A stretch of 64,000 nt of DNA, from assembly GCA_002633005.1 (NCBI GenBank), contig NMRA01000472.1, positions 32,716-96,715 of the forward strand, written 5' to 3'. This DNA comes from Phoronis australis (lineage: Eukaryota > Animalia > Phoronida). Made by a program: the position numbers and the translations under genes. Positions 35,401 through 50,400 of the stretch are shown here, piece after piece; within the stretch, counting starts at the first letter, position 1, and each line of letters starts with the position of its first letter. The notes under the pieces are model-generated. The model was not told the origin of the DNA and did no database searches. It saw only the letters and a program-made list of their open reading frames with translations.

Positions 35401-38400
35401 TTTGAGAGTTATTTTAGATATGCAAAAATCGTCTACAAGTGTACTTAGCTATTTGGGGATCGGATTATAGAGTTTTTCCAACTTCAGGCTGCAATTCACT
35501 GAAACATCGTCAATTCTTACAAGATTAGCTTCTAATTGTCAAAAATCATTTATGAATCTATCGATTTTTCATAGATACATAAACAAGTAAACAAGAAACC
35601 AACGAACTTTTTTATAAAAACGGAATGTTGTAAGCAATTTCCGCATGTATGCCTGCAGACTTTTGATGGGTAACCGGTGGAACTTGGGAGATGGGGCATT
35701 CGTATTAAGGTGTATGTTTGCTCATTTCGGAGGTGCCTATAACCGTTCACGAGGTAAACTTGAACTCCACTGACAAAAAAAAAAACGCTGAAATCTTTGG
35801 TTATCATTGCGAGAGTTTTTGAGTACCCCTTTTCGACATGTACTCGGTCATCACAAATAGTAGCCTAGACAGCAGCGTTTTCCACATGTGGAACTAACGA
35901 TCGGAAATAGTCCTTTTGGGTATTTCACAAATAGTGATCTTCACGTTCTTCAAAACTCCACCCTTTCGATGGTGGCAATCCTACTATATTTTTTCACATT
36001 TTTGGTTGTTTGGGTCGAATGGCTGTGCTGTGCACGAATGTTTTGTTTTTTGATGAATTTGGAATCTCAATTTCCATCGTGAATACTTGGCAGTGTCGGA
36101 TTTACATGTATACAGGGCAAAAGGGACATTTCCCTCGAACTGCTCCACCAAGAGAGGGTACCATCTGAAATGGGACGCCTTAAGATAAAAAGCTAAACAT
36201 CATTGAGCTTGGAAAAAAGGGTGACAGTGCATTCCACCGTCGTGTGGTCCTAAAACGATGCAGGGATTGACCTCCTTCAACATGAAAGCCGGTTGGACGA
36301 TCTCACAAAAAGCAGGAAAATAGAGGTAATCGAGTCCAACAATGGACCCTCCCTCCGTGAGCGGCCACTTAAGAATTTGTCAATAAAAACACAAAAAGGG
36401 GACCACTTGAATGTCACCAATAGCTCCTCCAAGGGCGGGGCCCCTAATTAATGAAAAAATCTACATTTTCAAATATCAGGAAATGCGCAGCAATTGATGT
36501 TATCTGTCAGGTCATCATATTTTCTCAAGTAATATACAGTTTCGAGAGAAAAATAAAGCGTTATCCCTTGCCAGAGAAAGGCATCTGGAAAAATAGAGTT
36601 TTGCATTCGCAAAATTGACTTATTGAATTTAAAAATCCAGTAAATTAGTACGCTCCGAAAAAGCTTCGTTTCACAAATTTTCTCGATTTTTCGAAATATT
36701 ATATATATGATTGATTTCGTGCACGTTTAGACGATCTGTGCTGCAAAAGCGGAAACCCTAACAACCATGTCGAGGACAGGGTCCTCAAAAGGTAAACCAT
36801 GCACTGATGTAGAGTTGTTAATAATTCCTGAATTTTCTCTCTTATCCGTATTTCGCAGTCTTTCTTTTCTCACTGTCCCCGGCTCTACGCCTACATCGGT
36901 TTCCACGGCTGAACCCTGACACCTAAAAGTTTTTTGAGAGGGGGGGGCGTGCCCCCCAGCCCCCCTCGCTTCCTAAGGCCCGGAATTCTCCGTTATGACG
37001 GCTGGGCGGAACCGGATTCCACGTCAGATTAGTCTTCTCTCATGACCGAGAATGAAGGGGAATTTCAATTCCCTACGAACAGCCAATGACATTCTACACA
37101 TATTTACTCACGTACTTTTATAAAGTTGCAGTGGACCCGGCTTCTGTCAAAACTTTTGATTTAGACAACTAATCGTCACAAAAAGGGCTTCCACAACAGA
37201 TGTATTTGACTTTCAAAATGGTAACACGTAATGGAAAAATGTTAAAGGAAATGCAGCTTTACCGTGAGTGGGCAAAATGCTATTGAGTCTCAAAATATTC
37301 GTGTCGATTAACTGGCTGTATCATTGAACAATTTTTTATTGGTATACAGAACATGTGCAACAGAAAAGATCAAGCTATTCTCATTCTTAACTTACAGTCA
37401 CACACTCACACAAGCACCCGCCCCCCTCAACATATCCACCCAATTTAGGTAGGATGTTGTCAGGAAAAAGTTATGGTTAATCAGTGTCTTCAGGTTGCCT
37501 GGTTTGGACAATTATTGTCTTTCAAAAAGCATGTTTTATTTTCTTAGTTACAGGAAATCTCTGTCTCAAATCTTTAAGTTGAGAGATTTCTTAAACTTGA
37601 GTTCGATGTCTTAAAAATCCGTGACCTATCGTGTGAGAAGAGTCATTCTGTGACTACTGATTGTTGACTATTGGTCGAGACCGTACTCAATAGGTTCAAT
37701 AGCCTTAATCCACTTGGTCACGATTTTATGCTCTGATCAATTAAGCAATAACAAACTGCTAGCTATTTCCACGCCCATACATCCTGCTATACCAAGGTGC
37801 CAGCTGAGGGTAAGAAAGGGGGACAGATTTAAGGGATCCCCATAAATCCACCGTGAAAAGTGTACTTTTTGGATGATAAAATTAAGAATAAGAGAGGGTG
37901 GACACTTTGTACCGTGGTGATACATTAGATTTTCGGACACCTGGTCTTACGTGGTACAGAGGAAACGATTTTTCAATCAATTTGTAGGCGTGCGCAATCA
38001 AACTGTTGCATTTTGTAAACTTTGAATAAAAAATTCTCTTAACTTATCTTGGTGAGGTTGTGACCGTACATACGCGGCCAATGTAGTGTTGGTAACAAGA
38101 ACTTTGTGCTTACTCTTTTTTGTAGCTGTCGACAAAATTTGTTGCAGCTCAAAAGCATCAATTTCCTTGTCAACGCCGGCGAGTTTGTCAAAGAGTGCCT
38201 TGAAACTTGAGTCCATAGCGGCATCTTCATCAGGAGTGGGTTTTTGGAACTGAAACAGTTTAACATGTTTAAAGATATCTGAAACCTTATTTACAGAAAT
38301 AGGCCGTTTTAAAAATATTTCACATGTGTGTAGCAAAACACCTTAACCTCATTATCGAATACAAAATATAAGCCATGTAGCGAGAGAAACGATTTAGCAG

Positions 38401-41400
38401 AACCAATCAAATCGAATCTCCCGCCATAGAGCAGTTCTGTATGTACCCCTTCGCCCTTTCAATCACCGAGTTAATATAACATTGAGCCAACGAGGTGTAC
38501 ATAGCATAGAAAGATGCTGCGGAAACGAAGATAGGCCGTAGTTCTTATCCTGAGGGAGTTGTGCGCCTGCCTGCATAAGAACGTTGAGAACGAATACACC
38601 GAGTCCAAGTTGCAGCACCGACCCGTGATTTTGTGTTCAATTTCAACATAGTAAGTTGAGAAAAAAATAAATTCTCACTGAAATGTATTAATTTGATCTG
38701 TAATATGACATTTCGCTGTTTCGGTCTCGTGCTTACGGTGTGCATTAACCACTGACTTACTTTCTATTGTCTATTTCGTACTTGGTTTCTCGATATCAGT
38801 CTCCCAGAGCGTGGTGTATAACAATGAGGCATATTCACAAAATTAAAGTTAATTACACACTGCAAATTCAGAATGACATTGCGAGTGAATGTTGGAATAG
38901 CGTACATGGTTAAGGCTTATATAGGTTATATTGACCAAAAACAAGTTTTCACCGAATAATTAAGCGATAACCGCAAGATTTTTAAGACTCGTGGCGTTTT
39001 CCGTTTTTTCTTGGCTTTGGCAAATCGACTTAAGCTGAGCTTAGGAACGCGAGTTTTCGAAAACGGCTCTGTGAAATTCATCGAAACTTTCCAATTTTAA
39101 TATTTGTTGATCAATCTCAAAAACAATGTTAGGTTTTTCCTTTTTAGCGCCTAGTTTTTGCATAACCGGAGTAAAATAGACGAATACGACAGCTATGTTT
39201 CACAATGAAAATACCTTACGTTTCCCAAATTAATTTGACATAGAAACACAAATAAGTCAGTTATGAAAAATTCCTAAAAGCATTTTTCATGTAAACTGTG
39301 AAGTTTTTATTTAAAAAGTGTTTTATTAAAATCGACCTAAGAGTTATTTGGTATGAATGTACGTTTCTTTAAAATGAAAAATAAAATTTGACTTAAAAAG
39401 TTGGTTAAGTAATAAAAATAATGGCACACAAATATAGTATTTTTATAATTTCTGATCTTTTTTCATTCAGAAAATATATACTTTTACTAGTTGACATGGC
39501 TTGGTTTTCTGATATATGAGTTAGAATAAAGGCCACTGAATAAGGTTTGAGATAACCGTAAGATGTATAAAACAACAAGGAATCTTCAGAATAAGCCTAC
39601 AGCAACATTACGAGCCTCCCAAAACAATTGCTTTGAAAAGTATTCTATATCTGAGAGGCAAAACAGAGTTTCGCGATACAAGTGTCGATGATATTGGAAA
39701 AGTTAATCACGCGATGGTTTCCGGAATGCTTGGATATGGACACGTCAACTTTTTACAGAGGTAATGTCTAGCTATATAACAAGTCATTTTAGTTCCTATT
39801 ATTCACCAAAACGTCCAATGATCCTGGATTTTTTTTCTGTAAGTCCCCAAAAAACGTTTAATGTTCAGCACTTTTTCTAAGAATTACGTGACTCGATATT
39901 GAATGGAATATTAATCATAAAAATAATCAGTTATTACTTAAAAATCTAAGACACGGCCTTGACATTCATTCAGCTCTCAAAAAATCCAACCAGGAATAGA
40001 ATCGTTGGACTCTCTCTCGAGATTCGTTTTTCCAAGTCTGAAGTCTTGCTCAAGGAGCAATCGCTGAAAACGCAATCTTATATCAACAGTAGAACACTCA
40101 CCGTTTTGTTCTCCATTTACAGACTGAACAGCGACGTAGCCAAGTTTCTTCATTTGTTCACTTGAACATGGGAGGCGCAGCACTGAAAAAGTGTGGGGGG
40201 GAAAGTCCCCCCCAGCATCGCTGTGGTGCACCGCCAATAGACCATGAGTGGCTCAGCACTGAAAAAAGTGGGGCTATAGCCCCCCAGACCCCCATGGAGC
40301 ACCACCCATATTGAAGGAGTGGGTTGATTGACCAACAATAAGGGTTCAGACAGGACGTCTTTGCAAGAGTGTTTCAAAAACTGGCGATTGTCAAGAGAAC
40401 ACAACTACTATTTATATCAAGTTAAACTTATTTGAAATCGTTACATATTTTGCATCCAGCACAGCCAATACTTTTAAAATGGCAATTACATGTAAATTTA
40501 AAAGCGGTGGTAGAACTTACCTTGCGTCTTTCGATCACTGTGGCTTTGTCATTGGAACTGGAATGAGAAAGTAGTAGTAGTAGTAGTAGTAGTAATACAC
40601 TTTATTCACTTTAAGTCAAAAACCAAAAAATACAGTTGATATAAATTTACGCTTATGGAGACTCCGTGAAGGACCAGAGAGGTCCGCTGACCACGGAGCC
40701 ACCAGAGAATAAGAAAGAAAAAATACAGCGTTACAGATAAGCAGAACTATAAAAATTAGGTGATGATGTACTTTAAAACTACTTGTGTAAAGACTGGGAG
40801 AGATTATCGAAAATAGTTACATACAAAGCAGTTGGGAATAGTGCACTCAAGTTCATAATTTTCAAAACAAACATTCTTAAAATAATTTATAACAGAGGAT
40901 AACGAATGGGTAAAAAGTTTTTGGTAGACACTTTCAGGAAGGTTATTAATGATATGAGGTAGGGCATTTCGAACTGAATCTTCAACAAATGATTTAGTAC
41001 AACGGGGAGTATGTAAAAGATGTCGTTGCCTAGTGTAATGTTCATGAACAGACCCACGAGTAATTAAATTGAACGTGTTAAAAAATAAAGGTAAGTAATT
41101 ATGAACATATTTGTAGAAAAATTTAATAATAGCAACAACATACAAGTCCTTTATTTTGAGTAACTGTGTAGTCTTAAATAAAGGATCTGTATGGGCATTN
41201 NNNNNNNNNNNNNNNNNNNNNNNNNNNNNNNNNNNNNNNNNNNNNNNNNNNNNNNNNNNNNNNNNNNNNNNNNNNNNNNNNNNNNNNNNNNNNNNNNNNN
41301 NNNNNNNNNNNNNNNNNNNNNNNNNNNNNNNNNNNNNNNNNNNNNNNNNNNNNNNNNNNNNNNNNNNNNNNNNNNNNNNNNNNNNNNNNNNNNNNNNNNN

Positions 41401-44400
41401 NNNNNNNNNNNNNNNNNNNNNNNNNNNNNNNNNNNNNNNNNNNNNNNNNNNNNNNNNNNNNNNNNNNNNNNNNNNNNNNNNNNNNNNNNNNNNNNNNNNN
41501 NNNNNNNNNNNNNNNNNNNNNNNNNNNNNNNNNNNNNNNNNNNNNNNNNNNNNNNNNNNNNNNNNNNNNNNNNNNNNNNNNNNNNNNNNNNNNNNNNNNN
41601 NNNNNNNNNNNNNNNNNNNNNNNNNNNNNNNNNNNNNNNNNNNNNNNNNNNNNNNNNNNNNNNNNNNNNNNNNNNNNNNNNNNNNNNNNNNNNNNNNNNN
41701 NNNNNNNNNNNNNNNNNNNNNNNNNNNNNNNNNNNNNNNNNNNNNNNNNNNNNNNNNNNNNNNNNNNNNNNNNNNNNNNNNNNGGGGGGGCAGGGCAGAG
41801 TATTAGCCATGATTTTGGCGGTCAGACGTTCACACCCCCGAATAGTCAAATGCAATCTGAAGAATTTTAGGGGGGGAGGGCATGGGCCCCTTGGCCCTCT
41901 CTAAACCCGCCACTGGTTCTGTCTTAGCGAGTTACTTATTGACAATGCTGTGTTTTAGGAAAAAGTTATCTCTGTTTTTTGACTTACGTTGGAGTTGAAA
42001 ATTCATGTACAACCCAAGAAAAAGTAACCAGACAACATACGGTTTTCCCGTCTTGACGGTTAATTCTGTAAATAGCAAAATTTGCTGCTTATAAGCCTAA
42101 TTCACGCAGACAAGAAACGCGCTTCAAAACAAGGCTCTCTACGATACCTCCGTTAAATGGCTTGTAGGATAGTAGTGTTCCGCATTGCTCAAACGGCGAT
42201 AGAAAGAAAACGAACATTCAGCTGTCTGTCTTTTGTACAATCTCTAATGCCGTTGAGATTCGGAAGCGTTGGATCGTTGTCATACGCCGCGACGAAGGAA
42301 AATATTTCCGGGTAAAATTTGTAAATGTTTTCGAAAGTATGGCCATACTTTGTCGCATCTCAGTTGCCGAGCATCACAGCAACGGCCGGTGAATCTTCGT
42401 CCAGCCAGGCTGTGTTTTCATGAATCTAGGTTGAAACATGATACATGTGTTTCCAAAAAGGAAAGGGCCCCCAATCCCTTGATTTTGGGGCCGAATATTG
42501 GCCCTATTCCCCCCTCAAAAATGTTGAAAAATTATGCGAAATTCCCCTCACGATGCGTAAAAATTAGTCTGAAGGGATTTGAAACCTAAAACATGAAATA
42601 TATGTAAGAATTATTAAAAACAAATGGTCAAATAATTTTAGCTTCAATTACCTGCCTGGTTTTTTATTTTAATAAAAATAATTTTAACAACATCAATCAT
42701 TCTTGCAGGTTAATGACAAATCAACTGTTAGTCCCAGTAGTTCCAACTCACTGCAGGACCTAGTAGGCTATGCTTGATGTTAATATTCGTTATCAACAAA
42801 TTAAACCAAATGTGACTTGCACATGACAGCAAAATGCGATGAGCCACCACTGTCAAATATATCTGCAACTCGTCAGAAATACGAGCAGATAACCTGGTTG
42901 GTGTAGAAAGCACTTTTATCAACAATTTACAAGAACAAACGTAACCTGCATTCAGCATATGTACATGTACCTAATCCGTAACACGATCGCCGCAATTTAG
43001 TCATATTTACTTTTCATGTTTCGAACCTATTTTTCCGAAAAAACACATAAACTTTAGTCAGACAACTCTTTGAACCTTTGACTTGTTCTCTAATGTCTTT
43101 TTCTACGTCTATGTGATTAATTATTGACAGATTTTTAGGATTTAATATCCAAGTTGGATTCGAAAGACCAGCCATTTAACTCACGCAATGTCAACTTCCG
43201 CTACGTTTATCGCAGTGAGCCTCGCTTTGGATTTTAATGTCCGCCTCTTAAATAATAAGTATAACTATTAGGGCGGCGAAATTTTGGCCACCTTACTAAC
43301 TTTCCTGTTTATTACATGTAGTCTTCATTCTCCGTCATGAGGGAAGACTACTCTAACGAGGAACTCAGCTTCCGCCCAGACGTCATGACGCGGAATTTTG
43401 AGTCATTTTGTCTGAATACTTTTGGCTTGATGCAATGACATTATGTAAAATACACCCACGGCTTATGCACGACCTTTGATGAAACAGACTCCAGAATTAA
43501 CTGATCAAAACTCTGTGAAGTAACGGAGGGAATAAACATGTAGCACTTTGATGTTAACTTCGCAGTATCTACTTGATCCATTGGCAACATCTGATCTTTT
43601 TAGAAATATTTAAAATAATGTAACATATAGCACTCAGCTGAAAATGGGAGATACAAGGTGCGGTAGAATCAAATCGATGTTGTTGACATATCAGTACGTT
43701 CTTATAACTCAAAATCAGCTGGCATCTCCACGAAAACAACATATAAATAAACACAAAAAGGCTTACATGAATCAGATGCAAAAAGCCCACCAAATTTCGT
43801 TGAAGGAACTGAAGGAATGGCAAAAAATATGACAGGACGCATGGACAACGATTTAGCAGATCAAACGCTACACTTAATCATTTTCGCCGGTTCCGCCGGG
43901 TCAACAGGCTGAGACACCTGATAGGTTCTCGAAGACGATCTCCGGCTAACCGATCAATCAGACTGCTTAGCCTGTTGACGTTTTGCGACTTAATTTTTAA
44001 ACAAACCTGAGTGACACCGGTTTCTCAGAGTAGATGCGCAACAGGAAATCGCCTTGGTGACCGGGATCGAATGTTGACGGTATAATAGCGTACTTGCCGG
44101 GTGCAAGAGAGTGACGGCCGCACACCTCCCGGCTGTTGATGAAGTTCTGCGACCTCTCGCTGGACTGGTGATACGCGAAGAAGTCGCGGTCAAGGCGTCC
44201 ACCCTTAAGGTCATCATCAGTCACCTAAAAATACTTGATTATGCAGGTTGTATTTCACATATACGAATGCAGAATGTTCCACTGTGACTGCGTTCTAACT
44301 AATGTGCAGATGTCATACAATCTTGGATGCGCACGATTATCCCTAAAACACTGATACACGATTGCATATATTACATTTTTGGCATGTACTTGCATACTGG

Positions 44401-47400
44401 GGAAATGCACGATTATTTGATTCTACATACACGCCCACCATCAGTAATGATGGGACAGGTGACCACGTGTTAAATGCTGGTGATGTACTCGTCAATCACG
44501 GAGGGACCTTCCGCTAATAATCTGCATAATTTATTCGATACTAGTGATGAACATGATTTTTTTACAAACAAAAATTCCCTGTACTATGATATTGAATGCT
44601 TAGAAATATTTCTTGGCAATCACAAGACCGATTTCTGTTAGCTCAGCGTAAATATTCAGTCTGCGTTCTAAATTTGATCAACTTCAGGCTATTTTACGAA
44701 ATATAAAAAAGAAACATTTGCTGCTTGTCTGCATCTGCTTANGCGCTTCAAAACAAGGCTCACTACGATAGCTCCGTTAAATGGCTAGTAGGATAGTAGT
44801 GTTCCGCATTGCTCAAACGGCGATAGAAAGAAAACGAACATTCAACTGTCTGTCTTTTGTTCAATCTCTATTGCCGTTGAGATTGGGAAGCGTTGGATCG
44901 TTGTCGTAGGCCGCAACGGAGGAAAATATTTCCGGGTAAAATTTGTAAATGTTTTCAAAAGTGTGGCCATACTTTGTTGCATCTCAGTTGCCGGGCATCA
45001 TAGCAACGGCCGCCGAATCTTCGTCCAGCCAAGATGTATTTTCATGAATCCGGCTTGAAACATGATACATGTGTTTCCAAAAAGGACAGGGCCCACAATC
45101 CCTTGATTTTTGGGCCGAATATTGGCCCTATTCCCCCCTCAAAAATGCTGAAACATTATGCCAAATTTCCCTCACGATGCGTAAAAATTAATCTGAAGGG
45201 ATTTGAAACCTAACACATGAAATAGATGTAAGAATTATTAAAAACAAATGGTCAAATAATTTTTAGCTTCAATTACCAGCCTGGTTTTTTATTTTAATAA
45301 AAATGATTTTAATAACAAAAATCATTCTTGAAGGTTAATAACAAATCAACTGTTAGTCCCGGTAGTTCCAACTAACTCACTGCAGGACCTAGTAGGCTAT
45401 GCTTGATGTTAATATTCTTGATCAACAAATTAAACCTAATGTGACTTGCACATGACAGCAAAATGCGATGAGCCACCACTGTCAAATATATCTTCAACTC
45501 GTCAGAAATACGAACAGATAAACTGGTTGGTGTAGAAAGCACTTTTATCAACAATTTACAAGAACAAACGTAACCCGCATTCAGCATATGTACATGTAAC
45601 TAATCAGTAACACGATCGCCGCAATTTGGTCATATTTACTTTTCATGTTTCGAACCTAGTTTTCCGAAAAAACACATACACTTTCGTCAGACATTTTTAG
45701 GATTTAATATCCAAGTTGGATTCGAAAGACCAGCCATTTAACTCACGCAATGTCAACTTCCGCTATGTTTATCGCAATGAGCCTCGCTTTGGATATTAAT
45801 GTCCGCCCTTTAAATAATAAGTATAACTATTAGGGCGGCGAAATTTTGGCCACTTTACTAACTTTCCTGTTAATCACATGTACTCTTCATTCTCGGTCAT
45901 GAGGGAAGACTACTCTAACGATGAACTCAGCTTCCGCCCAGCCGTCATGACGCGGAATTTTGAGTCATTTTGTCTGAATACTTTTGGCTTGATGCAATGA
46001 CATTACGTAAAATACACGCACGGCTTATGCACAACCTTTGATGAAACAGACTCCACAATTAACTGAGCAAAATTCTATGAAGTAACGGGGAGAATAAACA
46101 TGTAGCACTTTGATGTTAACTTCGCAGTAGGCCTATCTAGATGATCCATTGGCAACATCTGATCTTTTTAGAAATATTTAAAATAATGTAATATAGAGCA
46201 CTCAAACAACTGAAAATGGGAGATACAAGGTGCTAAAATGGTTGGAATCGAGGTAGAATCAAATCGGTGTTGTTGTCATATCAGTACGTTCTTATAGCTT
46301 AAAATCAGCTGCCATCTCTACGAAAACAGGCTAAGACACCTGACAGGTTCTCGAAGACGATCTCCGGCTAACCGATCAATCAGACTGCTAAGCCTGTTGA
46401 CGTTTTGCGAATTAATTTTTAAACAAACCTGAGTGACACCGGTTTCTCAGAGTAGATGCGCAACAGGAAATCGCCTTGGTGGCCGGGCTCGAATGTTGAC
46501 GGTATAATAGCGTACTTGCCGGGTGCAAGAGAGTGACGGCCGCACACCTCCCGGCTGTTGATGAAGTTCTGCGACCTCTCGCTGGACTGGTGATACGCGA
46601 AGAAGTCGCGGTCAAGGCGTCCACCCTTAAGGTCATCATCAGTCATCTAAAAATACTTGATTATGCAGGTTGTATTTCACATATACGAATGCAGAATGTT
46701 CCACTGTGACTGCGTTCTAACTAATGTGCAGATGTCATACAATCTTGGATGCGCACGATTATCCCTAAAACACTGATACACGATTGCATATATTACATTT
46801 TTGGCATGTACTTGCATACTGGGGAAATGCACGATTATTTGATTCTACATACACGCCCACCATCAGTAATGATGGGACAGGTGACCACGTGTTAAATGCT
46901 GGTGATGTACTCGTCAATCACGGAGGGACCTTCCGCTAATAATCTGCATAATTTATTCGATACTAGTGATGAACATGATTTTTTTACAAACAAAAATTCC
47001 CTGTACTATGATATTGAATGCTTAGAAATATTTCTTGGCAATCACAAGACCGATTTCTGTTAGCTCAGCGTAAATATTCAGTCTGCGTTCTAAATTTGAT
47101 CAACTTTAGGCTATTTTACGAAATATAAAAAAGAAACATTTGCTGCTTGTCTGCATCTGCTTACAGGAAACCTGGATGGATTCGGATGACAATTACAGTT
47201 TTTGTAATTTAGAATGCTACAATATGATAAAAAAGACCTAGAAGCTGACTGTTCCAGACATGGGGGCTTGGTTATTTACGTCAGAGATATAACCAACGTT
47301 GAAATAATTAATGATAAAAAGACATACAGAGGTTTAGTAATTAAAGTGAAATCGAGCAGTGGCAAACATTCCACCACATTTAACATATATAGACCCAAGT

Positions 47401-50400
47401 CGAATGCAGAGAGACACTTTGATGACTTCATGTTTGACTTTATTCCAACCATCTCAAAGTTCATTGCTAAAGGGAGTGACATTTTGATAGCTGGTGTCTT
47501 CAATGCAAATTTACTACAAACTTTCAATAATACAAAATTTGGTAATTTTCTGACCATATGTTAAACCTGTGTCTTCTTCCTAAGATAACTTTTCCTACTC
47601 GTCTCACCAGCAACACATGTACGTGTACCATTGATCAAATTTATACAAAATTCTCTCCAACCACGGACATGTCCGAGGCTGGTATAATGTTAAGTAGTTT
47701 ATCGGAGCATTATCCCATATTTTTGTCTCTCAATATAAATAACAAAAATAAACCTCATCAACCTAAATTTATTCAGATAAAGTCACAGCAAAAAATCTCA
47801 TGCCAATTTTAAAACTGATTTGGGTTTAATTGACTTTGAGTCAGTCTTAGATGACGATTTGTCTCAAAATCTTAACACAAATTGTAGTCACTTAAGAACA
47901 ATTATTTTAGATTTGGTAAATAAACATTTTCACTCCAAAACCAAAAGTTTCAACAACCATAAGCATAAACTCAACGACTGGATTACATTTGGCATATTAA
48001 AATCAATAAAAGTGCGAGACAAAATATATAAGAAATAAAAACCACATCTCCTCATTCTATTTTTTCTCGCATTTACTCAAAAAAACTGCGAAATCATTAC
48101 AGTATACTTAAATCTGTAATAAAAGAAGTCAAACGTATGTACTATGAAAAACAGTTCAAGCAGCACAAAATGATATACGCCAAACTTGGCAAGTCATCAA
48201 AAACGTAATTTCCAACTCATCCTTCAGCAGTGTTCTCCCTCAGTTTATTACCTCTACTACATCTAGACACGTTACTTGTAAGCAGAAAATAGCTGATTAG
48301 TTCAACAACTATTTTATTAACATTGGTAAGAATTTGGCTTCCCAAATACCGATATGCAATGAATGTTTCGAAAATTATCTTCACGGTTCCCCTGACTCTA
48401 TCTTTAAGTTTAAAACCGTTGCTGACGACGAAGTAATAAAGGTAATAAAAAATCTAAAATCCAAATTCAATACAGACAGTGATGGCCTATCATGTTCATT
48501 TATCAAAAAATATTTGAACTTACTATGCAAACCAATTTCTATGATTATAAACCAATCCGTACTCACGGGTATTTTCCCCGATGGTTTGAAGGTAGCCAAG
48601 GTAATCCCCATTTAAAAAGGTAATGACGCCGACATTAACTCTCTTGTTTACAACAGACCAATATTTATTCTACCTGAAAAAATTGTTCATTATCAAGTCT
48701 ATTCTCATTTTTCTCACAACTATCTTCTACATTAGTCCCAGTATGGTTTCAGACCCAACCACTCCACTGAAGTTGCGGTTACTGAATTCGTCCACACTCT
48801 TTAAAAAAACTTAGACAAAGGTTTGAACCCAATTTCGGTATTCATGGATCTTTCTAAAGCCTTTGATACCATTGATCACGATATCCTCCTAAAATAAAAC
48901 ATTACTGGCGTTCTAATAATGAATTTTCTTTGTTTCATAGCTACCTTGAAAATAGAAAGCAGTTCGTCTGCCTTGATACTGTCACTTCGTCCCATCTTGA
49001 CATTTCCACAGGTGTTCTATTCTAGGACCTCTCCTATTTTTAATCTATGTAAATGACATCATCTTCTCCAACATGGCACGGTTCACTACGTACGCAGACG
49101 ACACATGCCTGTTAATTCCTTTCCATGTTAATACAAATATTAGCCCCAACGATCAAACCATCAGAATTAATAATACCTGCAAGATGCTTTTGATTGGCTA
49201 AATACCAATAAATAATCGCTCAAGACAAGTAAAACTAAATTTATGCTATTGCGTTTTCCCCAAAAAATCAGCGAAGGTGACACCCCTCTAATCAAAATCA
49301 ACAATGAACTCATTAACAGAGTTGAAAATTTTAAATTTTTAGGGATTTTCGTAGACAGCCATCCTGGATCAAGCATGTTCAGGAAATTTCTAACAAAATT
49401 GACAAAAGTGTCGGCGTCCTCTCCATGCTGAAACACTATTTTCCCAAACACACACTCCTGATGATATACAATGCTCTTATACCATAACATCTATATTTTG
49501 GTATAACACAATGGGGGTTCAATAATTCTACGAGATTGAAACTTCTGCAGAAAAAAAGCTTTGGGAAATGTTACCACTTCTTCGCTTTTTTCACACACAG
49601 AACCAATTTGTAGGGAAATCAAAACACTCCTTCTTGACGACATATTTGACCAAGCTTGTCTAAAATTCTTTTACAAATTCAAACATAATTAATTGTTAAC
49701 AATTTTATCCAATTCCATCAGTCATCAAGAGATCTTCCTAGAATATGCAGTCAACAACTCCTCCTAAAACTGCCCTCCTACAACAGAAAAAGCTGTGGAA
49801 ATTCCTCAATGGCCAAAATACCGAATCTAATAAACAACTGTATCCTTCCGAGATATATGACTGACAAAATCGACACGCATAGTTTATATGGGTTCACCTT
49901 GTATTTAAAAATTACATATCAAGCACTTACAGCTCTCAATGTAACATTCTACATCGTTATGCATGTTCTTATTTAAGTAAACGTGATCATATGCTTTTCT
50001 AATCATGCGGTCTCCCTTGTATCAATAGTCGTCTCTGTGCTTTATTCTTAGTAAAGGATATTAATTTACATTTTAAATAAACTAGCACTGCATCTTATTA
50101 CATTGTAGATGTACTTATTTCTGTTGTTATTTATATTCATTTGTTCTTCTTAATTGTTAATATCTATTTAACTTATTGTTACTCGGTAGTCAGCTAGTAG
50201 CGGCCCGTGCCTTTGCTGGTCATCCAGTCATATCACAAGGTATGTTTTATATGCTAATGCTGATCCACGCCATCCATCAACCCGAACGGAAGCCGCTGTT
50301 CAACATGATGATCAGGTTTTCCATATGGCCAGCTCGTCTCAAGCTCAGTCGGACCAGCACTAGAGGTTAGGCCAAGGCCCGCAAGACAAGTCGTCATGGA

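Larger units (their letters stand above)
42119..47163 (+). repeat. Tandem duplication 42119-44741 / 44743-47163 joined by a single N (probable unmerged haplotype overlap)
   Basis: Both copies start gcgcttcaaaacaaggctc and end gcatctgctta; they differ by SNPs and indels; the junction is exactly the N at 44742. Confidence 0.9.

Noticed and set aside
41151-41904. Long ORFs of 216-237 aa
   Set aside because: They consist of translated N gap.
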